A DNA stretch of 64,000 bases. Origin: Octopus bimaculoides. Its lineage: Eukaryota. Positions 53,907 through 64,000 of the stretch are shown one piece after another. Location of the stretch: contig NC_068985.1 in the NCBI RefSeq assembly GCF_001194135.2, positions 106,880,191 to 106,944,190 on the forward strand, given 5' to 3'. The position numbers were made by a program, and so were the translations under genes. How positions within the stretch are numbered: position 1 is the stretch's first letter; each line of letters opens with the position of its first letter. The notes beneath the pieces are model-generated. The model searched no databases. It saw only the letters and a program-made list of their open reading frames with translations, and was not told the DNA's origin.

Positions 53907-56759
53907 CCACACAGATAATGTTGCCCACTACCACGATACATCTTAAACAATATAGTAGAGTGAACAACATTTACAAAAAATCTAGACAGAGAAATAATAT
54001 ATCAGATATTCCAATGATGTATTGCATGCAGCATGTTGCAATAAAATTGTTATCAAAGTGAGTGGGTTTACATTTACATTGTAAACATATAACTAAATAA
54101 CCAATAAAATCTGTGTTGCAGTTGCAAAACCATTTAATAATGAATAACAGTGAACATTTGACAAGGTAGACACAAATGTATGGCTTACTTCACTGCAACA
54201 AAACTTATGTCAGTGACTGTTGATAATCTGTTATTTGTTTTCAATATATCTATCTCTTTCAATGCTTTCAAGAATTAGTCATTGATACACCAGTCATTTT
54301 TTTTCAAGTCATCAGCGGAACAACTTTTTTTTTTCGTTCTACCTATCTACCTTTTTTAGCAACTACATTATTGTGTCTATCCAAATTATCTATCCAGTAA
54401 AAAAAAAAAAAAAAGAAGCAAAAAACAGGTGTTACTATTTCATCTCTTTTCATGTTGAATGAATTGATTACTTTCCAACTCCATGGTTTTAGGTTTAGTA
54501 TCACTGTGCACCACTTTAGAAAACTGCCTTCTACAATAGCCCCGGGCCAACCAAACCCTTATAACTGAATTCGGTCGATAGAAACTGAAAGTAGCTTGTC
54601 TAATCACTTTTCCCACCACATTTTCTTGTTCTTTTATTTTTTCTGATGAAGAACTAGCATCCAAAACGTCAAAACTCTTTCCCCTCTTTTTAAGCATTAA
54701 ACTAATGCAACATTTGTTAAAACTTGTATTTTTAATATTGTCTTATTTTTGAGCTCATTATATATATACTCTGCACTCTTCCTCAATCAATAGCATAATG
54801 CACTCAGGTCTTTTATAAAGCAAACATAAATTTGGCTAGCCACCATGATGGATAGCATAATTTGCATATTTGTTCTGTTGAAGCTCATCATTAATTTGAC
54901 AATATCTATTTTATGTACAGCAGAGCATAAATCTGAAAAATTGAGATAAATTTTAGGGAGATGATAAGTGGTTGGATGGGTTGTAAAGGTGTGGAGTAGA
55001 TAAAGAGAGACTTATGATAGTGGAGGAGAGATAATTTGGTGGCCAAGAAAGGTGATCAGTGTAAAAAGTGAGTAGAGTTCTTGTTGTCTAGCTCTGATTG
55101 AGCAGGATGATGATTAAAGAGGTCTTTTAAGAGATATCTAGAACTACATTATTAAAGGTGTCTTTTACAAATATAAAATGGTAGAGTGGGATTTGAGGAA
55201 GATTTAGCGAATATTTCTTGCTAGTTGAGGGACTATGCAAAGGCCTTCTTGATGGCATTTAGTATTGATAACTACTGCAGTAGCTTGCAAGATTTGAATC
55301 TAATGGTAACTATATTAGTTATTGGTAATTATAATAGTTAGTATTGTTGGTTATGTTGGTTATTTGTAGTTCTAGTAGTTACTGAAAGCTATGAGAGGTT
55401 ATGATAGTCATAGTAGTTATTAATGATTATGAGTGATAGTAGTGTAAAATATTGTTTAGATATTGGTAGCAATAATAGTCAATAATATTAGCTATGTTAG
55501 TTATTAGTAGCTACAGTAGTTAAGTATTGGCGACTAAAGTAGTTACCAGAGACAATAACATCTGAGTTCAAAAGCCTCTGAGGCTAGTTTTACCTTGTCA
55601 CATTTAGAGAATCAATAAAATGTAGTACCTGGGTTCATTTAATCAACTCTAGCCTTCCTCCAAATGTGTGGCCTTGTACCAATGTTAGAAATCAATAATA
55701 GTATTATAAAATACATTCAATTATTGATCACATATTTAGAGAAAAAAAATTCCTTTTGTTTATATTCATGAAATTTTTGGTTAATATTGGATCAAATATT
55801 TATTCAGATTGCATAATAATATAATATGAGGAGAATGTACACCAAATATAGATGTACTTCTTTTTTCAGTTGGGGTTAGCTTGATGATCCAATGAATCAA
55901 CTGGCCACCTCTAAAAATCTTTTCTCTATGCAGTGTATCTATTATAGGTCTTTCTGCAAGAGCCCACCCTTCTCCAAGGTATACACTTCATCAGTGTAAT
56001 GTATGTGTGTATGTATGTATGTATGTATGTATGTATGTATGTATGCATGTATGTGTGCATGTATGTATGCATGCATGTATGTATGTATGCATGCATGCAT
56101 GTATGTATGTATGTATGTATGTATATTCTCTACATATATATGTAAGATTCAGTTGAATTAAGAACTTAAGTTGAAGCACGAAGTCAGTCAGTATTATCAG
56201 CACACCTCGAAGTAAGGTTAATAAAAAGCAAATAAATAACAAGGATGTCAAGGTATTAGTGCCTTATGGCCATTTCAGGTGGCTCCATTTAATCAAACAC
56301 TGCAAGCATTACATCAATTTGAAATACAGCGCTATCTTCGGATGCAAAAGATAGGTTTTCAACATACAACATACTCCATTTTAATTTTTTCATTAATTCT
56401 TTCATTCACTAGTTTTGTGTGTGTGTGTGTGTGTGTGTGCATGCGAGTGTGCATGCATGCATGCATNNNNNNNNNNNNNNNNNNNNNNNNNNNNNNNNNN
56501 NNNNNNNNNNNNNNNNNNNNNNNNNNNNNNNNNNNNNNNNNNNNNNNNNNNNNNNNNNNNNNNNNNNNNNNNNNTTTGTGTGTGTGTGTGTGTGTGTGTG
56601 CATGCGAGTGTGCATGCATGCATGCATGTGTGCATGTGTGTGTGTGTATGTATGCATGCGAGTGTGCATGCATGTGTGCATGTGTGTGTGTGTGTGTGTG
56701 TGTGTGATGATGATGGACTCACCTGTTAGTTTCAACATATGAAGATCCAACAACCTACA

Positions 56760-57550
56760 CTTTCTTTGTCAGTCATAATGCTTATGTAGAACGTGACATT
56801 TGAGTCCCACCAATGATTTGAAAAGAAGCCTACAGGTGTTGCAAGCATAAGGATTATGAGTCAGTGCAGGAGGCATATTTGCAGTGGCTTTTCTCCTTTG
56901 CTTTGCACCAAGCCTGTTAATGCTGGTTGAAGCAAAATCTCTTATACCATTTGGACACAACAATCTACATTTTGTTCACTCTGTGGCTGTTTGCTCAAAG
57001 GTGTTGTGAGGTATATTGACTGCTGAGAGGTTACTCTTCAGCTTGTCCTTATATCTGAGGCATGATTGACCATCATTCCTGTGCCCACTGTCAAGCTGGC
57101 TGTACACGGGGACTTCATCACTCACTTGCATGGCATGGCCAGCCCAGCACAGTTGCAGTTGCTTAAGGAAGCTCTAAATTCCACCAAACAGGCTGATATT
57201 AGACACTGTCTTTTAATGTGTAACTGCAGATTGTTCTGAGACAGTCTTTGTGGAAGATGTCTAGTTGGTTAATGTGCCACCTACAGGGTGTCCACAATTC
57301 TGAGCCATACAAGAAAGTAACAAGAATGACAGCTTTATAGATCCATACTTTGGTGTCAAGTTTAATTCCCCTTTCATAGGTGATGATGGAGTTTGCCAAA
57401 TGTGTTGGTTGCTTCCACAAGATGGTTGATACTTCTATCATTAAGGGAAGCACTTTACTATCAAGAAATGTAAATGACTTCACATACAATAAGTTTTTCC
57501 CATCAACTTGTATAGGAGTAGCAGGGAAATTGCGAACCAGCAACCTCTGT
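56760..57550 (-). mobile_element. RTE-BovB-like LINE 3' relic
   Basis: GIKLDTKVWIYKAVILVTFLYGSELWTPCRWHINQLDIFHKDCLRTI and terminal zinc finger CNTCRLLFKSLVGLKCHVLHKH. Confidence 0.85.
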
Positions 57551-58106
57551 TTGATGCCTCAAATTTGCTTAGGAGTAGAGCAAAGATTATATAAATATAT
57601 ATATGTAGATACTTATATATATCTATATCTATGCATGCATATGTACATACGTACATACATACACATATATATATGTATGTACGGATATATGTGTGTACAG
57701 TTTACACAGAACTTTGTTTGCATGGTTTCAGCTAGCAAGATTTTCTTTTTAGTCTATACTTCCTTTATTGACTTTTTATATGAAAAAACACCACTTCATC
57801 CTTTCCAATTTGGTTTTTACTTCACAATCTTAAATTTACACTTCAGTTAGAATTTTTTTTTTATATATATGTTGTTAAATATTCTCTAGACTGAATAATA
57901 GAATTTCAAATGTCAACAGAGTTGATTTCTCTTGAAAATAAAACTTAAATTAAAATAAATAAAGAGAAAGATCAGATACAGGATAATCGCTACATCAATA
58001 TCATTAAAACACAAGTCATACATACACAGCAACATTATGAAAACTACAGCAAAAGCTTTGGAAAGACAGTAAAAAAAGAGAAAGAGAGTACCCTGCTGCT
58101 GCTGCT

Positions 58107-58165
<59 letters not shown>

Positions 58166-58197
58166 TGTTGTTGCTTATAGAAATATTAATTTCCAAC

Positions 58198-58365
58198 ATA
58201 GGCACAGGCATGGCTGTATGGTTAAAAAGCTTACTTCCGAAACGTGTAGTCACGAGTACAGTCCCACTGTGTAGTGTTGTGAGTGAGTGTCTTGTACTAT
58301 GGTCCCAGGCTGACAAAAGCCTTACGAGTGGATTTGGTTGATGAAAACTGAAAGAACCCCATTGT
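58198..58365 (+). mobile_element. tRNA-derived SINE
   Basis: ggcacaggcatggctgtatggttaaaaagctt...aaactgaaagaaccc. Other copies at about 13850, 19665, 22800, 24715, 33600, 35380, 53270, 54460 and 61735. Confidence 0.75.
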
Positions 58366-58658
58366 GTGTGTGTGGGTGTGTGTAGGTGTGTTTGTGTGTT
58401 TGTACCCGTGTCTCATGTGTGCACCCTTGTCTTGATATCATGTGACGATTGTAAATAAATATTTCTGTCATACAAAAGATGTTGTTCATTTCCCGTCTGC
58501 TAAAGGGGAATATTACATTGCTTTGGAGGTGAGTGAGGGTTGGCAACAGGAACAGCATCCTGCTGTACAAAATCTGCCTCACCAAATTCCACCTAACCTA
58601 TATAGGCATTGGAAATTGATGTTAAAACAATAATCACACACACACACACACACACACT

Positions 58659-58689
<31 letters not shown>

Positions 58690-59699
58690 GTATGTGAGTG
58701 TGTGTATAGATATATTTACATGTGTGTGTATGTATATGTATGTATGTATCTATCTATCTATCTATGCATATATATGTATACATGTATGTATATGCATATG
58801 TATATACATATATTTGTGTGTGTGTGTGTGTATGAGCATGAGTACACATATGGATGTATGTGTGTATATGAATTTGTATATGTAAGCATACATGAGCATA
58901 TATATGTAAAGTCAGATACATACGTGTATATGTATAGATGAGAACATGTATGTGTATATCTGAGTGTGTATATATGTAGATTACAAATGTAGATCTATAT
59001 AGAACGATGTATAAGTACATGTAAATTTGTCAACCAAATGACTAGTGAATTCTTGAAGGTCAGCCAGTGGTAATTGCAAAGGTAACCGACCATAAAGAAT
59101 GAATTAGTAGTACAAAATAATAGGCTGGCACTCCCTTTAATATAAACCTCAATACTTACCATTCTTAGCATATCCACCCTCCCACTCCATCTATATATTT
59201 AAAACAGATTCATCGACAGACTTTCAGCACACATTTTGATATACTGAGTAGTTACTATTATAACATATAGCCACAACAGAGAGAAAGGATGTGGTCAAAG
59301 CCAAAAATTTGAATTTACAGAATACAGAAACAATATTCATATATCACCTGATGAATCACAACAAGATCTCATAATGCAGGGAAATAGTTACACAATTAAA
59401 TACCTGCAAACTGGGAGAACTATGTTGGAAACAATTGTAGTGATTAGGAATAAATGTTCCTCTGTACTCCTTGTTGATTCCAACTTATTCAATTACCCAT
59501 TTACACACTACAGAAGCCCTAATGTAAATTAGGTAGTAGGTATAATACTACACTTCGATAGCACTGGGTGAAATCTGAAGGTGGATGAGCTTTATGCTGT
59601 ACTCTACTACATTCTTAACAAAATATAACCTAAATATATATATATATATATATATATATACATGAACCCACAGTGTGGTAGAAACCATAGCCACTCATA

Positions 59700-60220
59700 G
59701 TAAAAAGGAGTACTGATGGAATGCTCCAATGAAGACCTCAATAAAATGTAAGCACAACAGACCTGATATAATGATTTGGGATAAAGAAGAGAAACTGTGT
59801 ACAGTTGTGGAAACTAGCTTCCCAGCGGATGTTAACATAAAGCTGATGATCAATGAAAAAGAGAATATCTGCACTGAATTATTGAGAAATCTGCAGTTAC
59901 TCTATCTAGATTAAAAGTTCAGGATTATACCTGTAATTATTGGGGCATTGGGATATGTAACACACTGCCTAAATACCAGCCTTGAGAAATTAGACTTATC
60001 AAAACCGGAAAGGAGAAAGTAAAGTCGAAGACGACGCTTTCCAGAAGTTTATCATTTAAAAACATATGAACATGTCTAGATATGCAACTATATGCATGAA
60101 AATACATACATAAAACAAAACATACAAATCTGCACATATACATACATAATTCATACATACATACATGCATACATACATACATACATACATGCATACATAC
60201 ATACATACATACATACATAC
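59700..60220 (+). mobile_element. Dong/R4-clade LINE 3' end with restriction-like endonuclease domain
   Basis: KHNRPDIMIWDKEEKLCTVVETSFPADVNI...EK...IIPVIIGALG (PD-(D/E)xK RLE motif), then 3' UTR and (ATAC)n tail. Confidence 0.85.
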
Positions 60221-61094
60221 CTCAGAGAGAGGGGTGGGATGAAAGTTTGATTGATAGATATATATTGATATAAATATATAGCAATCTAAGATGATGGCTC
60301 ATCAAGATTGAATTGTGTTAACTAAATATTGTCTGTTGTTTTTCTGATGCTTTCACACCATGCTATACATACATACGTACATACATACATACATGCATAC
60401 ATACATATATATAAGTATGTATGTATATATGTATGTACACACACACACGTACACATGTGCTCACTGGCATGAATACATATATACACATTTTTCTAATAAA
60501 CTGATTTATGCATATATTGGAATTTCTGTATGAGTGTGTCTGTCTATGTTTGCACACATGTGCATATGACTGTTTTATGTATATCTTCATTTGTATGCAT
60601 GTCAGTGTGTATGTATACATATAGCAGGAAATCACTGTGTTGTTGCTTTTATTTCTGTTCTTGTTACTGTTTTTATTATATTTTTATTGTTGTAGCTTTT
60701 GGGTAAATGGAAATGTTAGAGCATTGGGGAAAAAATACTTTGCAAATATTTCTTTCAACTTTTATGCTTCATCTTTTACATTTTATTATTTTTTTTTTTT
60801 CAGTCATTGGACTGTAGCCATACTGGAGTACTGCTTTGAACTGTTTAGTCAAACAACTCAACCCCAGTACTTATTTTAAAATCTGGTGCTTATTTTATCT
60901 TTTGCCGATCCACTAAGTTGCACGGACATAAAACAAACCAATAGTAGTTGTTAATGGTGGGGAGAGGAGACAAACTTGCATGCACACACACACACACACA
61001 CACACACATGAATCTTCCCAACAGTTTCTGTCTACCAAATTCATTGGTCACTCTGGGCTCAAATCCCAGAATTTATATGACTTAGAAGTGTATT

Positions 61095-61600
61095 TAGCAG
61101 TGGGCTCTTGGTTTCAGGAGTTCCAGAGTTTGGAGGATTGTGGAACCACTTCTTAGCCACTATTGTTCCCAGGTTCATTCTTACCCAGAGTGAAAGCACT
61201 TGTCAATGTCCCAGCTATGGGTTAATTTACAAGTCAGTTCAGTTAGGCAGGTGTGGTAATGGTGGTCGGGGAACCAATCTAGGGGAAGAGGAAGCCTGAT
61301 TCCAAATTTCTGCTGCGTTGCAGGCATATCCAGCCCTGGGAAAGGTTTTGGGAGTGATCCCTGAGAAACAGTTGGAAGTTGGAGTCCCTGAAGCAGTTCG
61401 AAGTTGTCTATAATCTTGTTCTGGCAACTCCTGTGATGACACTGGTGCTAAATTGTAATGGCCATGCTGTTCCTTTGAATCCACCAGTGACGTGGAGAAG
61501 GAGGACACACTGCAGGAACAACAACTTGTCCTCCATACCATACTACCCAGACTTAGATCCTATTGAACACCTTACACTGGAAAGATAGAACCAGACAACA
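61095..61600 (+). repeat. Dispersed repeat, possibly a LINE 5' region
   Basis: tgtggaaccacttcttagccactattgttcccagg is similar to 31703-31740 (tgtggaatcatctcttagccactattgtttccagg). Confidence 0.45.
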
Positions 61601-62646
61601 TAAGTCAAATAGCACCAGAACAACCCATAAGGGAGGCTGCAGTGGCAGAGACTGCAGATTCAGACATTGAAGTATTCAGCCACAGCCAATGATGTTCTTG
61701 TAGAGACAGACAAAATCCATTGTCGTTAATGACAGATAGAGGTCTGAGGATATAGTAGAAGACACTTGCCCAAGGTGTTTCACAGTGAGACAGAACCCAC
61801 AACCATATTCTTGCAACGTGAACTTCATAACTACACTGCCATGCCTTTGACTCTTTGAGTTCTGCATTCACATTTTGCTTATGTCCACTTTGCCTTCTAT
61901 CGCTTCAGGGTCAATAAAATAAATAACCAGTCAAATAACCAGTGCTGTGTAAGATTGTATCAATGAAGCCCTTCTCTCAAAATTGTTGGCCTGGTGCCAA
62001 AACTGAAAAGAATTTTATTACAGATGCCAATAAGAACCAGAATGTCCTATCTACAACAACAACAACTAAAGTTATTAACTGAAGATATAAACTACAAAAG
62101 AATGTCTATTGTACTGAACGACAAAGGAATGGTAACTTAGTAAAAGTGTGTTGTGATTATTTATTATTCCAATATTGTTCCCAATATGAGAATTTGTCAC
62201 TTTTTCTCCGAGTTCCCTCTGAATTTTCCCCAACCCACCATTTGCCCTCTATCAATATTCTTAATATTCTTTACATTCTAAGACCTGACCTAGCTCACTC
62301 AACCCTCCTCTGTTGATATTCTAAGATTATGATCAGAACTCCTCACCCCACCACTTTTCTACCCTACTTCATGTTCAGGCAACCTTTAATAATCTAATGT
62401 CAGACCTATCTACCACAGCTCATCTATTTTCATTCTCTGATTCAAGTAGCCTCAACTTGAAGAAGCTGGAGTTGTAGATCCATCTAGCTTTATTTTATTC
62501 CTTGTTTCTATCTGTCTGTCTATTTGTCTGTCTTTCTTTCTTTCTTTCTTTCTTTCTATATTTTTATCTATGTATTTATCCATCAATCTATTTCTCTTTC
62601 TATTTATCTATGAATCCATGTATCTATCTATCTATCTACCTATCTA

Positions 62647-62723
<77 letters not shown>

Positions 62724-63300
62724 TTGCCTGTCAATTTATCTATCTATCAATTGATCAATACCTCTTTCTGTCTGTCTTCCTATTCATGTCATTAAAATGC
62801 TTATCAGAAGATGAGGGCAGCACTCATCATAAACTTAGTTTAATTTCAGCTTTAACATACATAGGTACAACATAAGCAGGAAAGGAATTCAAAAGACTGC
62901 AGTTCTGAAGATGAAATGACTGACTGAAGTTTTCAGTGCTGTGCCTAGGAGGTGGGACACTGTAAGAATTACAGAAGATGAGCAGGCCTGGAAACAGTGA
63001 CTATGCAGTGGCTAGTTCAGAGAAATATTGTAGTTGTAGCAGAGAGGGGGAGGAGAGAGAGTGAGAGAGAGGAGTCAAGCAGTGTGAGCCAAAGATCATG
63101 GTACATTGGTGACTGATTCACTGTCAATTTGTCGAATGGCCTTTATTTTTGGATGTGGCTTTGGATATTTCTGTGTGCAACAGCAGTACTATCTCATAGA
63201 CATGAGGAGTGTTCTGATGGGGGCTATAGTTCAGTTTCCTGGAAAATCAATAACTGATCAGAAACCTTAGTCTTTAAATTGCAGTTCTGGCAATCCTTTA

Positions 63301-63465
63301 CTCCAGCTGGCTATACGACACAATCTGTGTCCTTACATTTAACGATGTGCTGATGAAGGGAAATAACCCGGAAATCACAGATTTTGTTTTGAGCTGAGTG
63401 GGGGTGCTAGATTCCCTTGTTCGAAAAATATAAGGACAAAGATTGTGCCGTATAGCCAGCTGGAG
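63301..63465. mobile_element. MITE with about 40-bp TIRs
   Basis: CTCCAGCTGGCTATACGACACAATCTGTGTCCTTA pairs with TAAGGACAAAGATTGTGCCGTATAGCCAGCTGGAG (2 mismatches over this span); TA precedes the left end. Confidence 0.8.
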
Positions 63466-63681
63466 ACGATGTCTCCCAGGGCTAAATTACAGCAACATTC
63501 ATCCTAAACCAGGACTACCATGTTACGTTGACAAACAACCTACATGTTAGATGGACATGTAAGAAATTTTCTATTAGAAATTCTCCATGTCAAAATGTAG
63601 CTAATTTTTGTCTTTGTGACTCTGTGTGTGTGTATGCATGTATGTGTGTGCATATGTATTTGTGTGAATGTCTATGTATGC

Positions 63682-63745
<64 letters not shown>

Positions 63746-64000
63746 ATATGTATATATGCATGTATAAAAATAAGTAAGTATTCAAATGAATATACATATA
63801 GATATTATTATTATTATTATCATTATTATTTTCAGCTGTAAATATAAATAATTGATAATAAGAACAATAATATTAATGGCCAGCAAGCAATAATAGCGTT
63901 AAATTGATATGCAATAAAAATTACAATTATAATAGAGGGTAGATGAAGCACCAGCTTGCTAGATATAGGAGTTACAAGCCTCCATTATGTTTTCAGTTTG

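Noticed and set aside
56415-56640. Same ~50-bp sequence on both sides of a gap
   Set aside because: Most likely unmerged overlapping contig ends in a microsatellite.

Overview
AT-rich, microsatellite-dense, gapped animal genomic DNA. The repeat landscape (tRNA-derived SINEs, RTE and Dong/R4 LINEs, Tc1/mariner and hAT relics, many (TA)n, (CA)n, (CAT)n and (CAC)n tracts) looks like a coleoid cephalopod, probably Octopus; this is inference, not a database match. The only host gene I can identify confidently is CaMKII. Its 65-nt first coding exon lies on the minus strand at 6810-6874 (MATTASLSKFNEIYELKEELG-K, GT donor), and the ORF track misses it. A CpG-rich, hairpin-forming 5' leader/promoter lies just upstream, and intron 1 runs off the left edge. 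The remaining ~57 kb is CpG-depleted and filled with decayed mobile elements: hAT-Charlie, two Tc1-like copies, mariner, Gypsy gag-protease, several RTE, two Dong/R4, MITEs and SINEs. It also holds scattered, unproven small-exon candidates. I found no convincing new biological system. The best leads are the CaMKII 5' region, a sharp CpG boundary that hints at a hidden methylated gene body, and several fold-back or inverted-repeat structures that could be dsRNA/ADAR substrates. Repeat boundaries are approximate unless TIRs or TSDs are cited.
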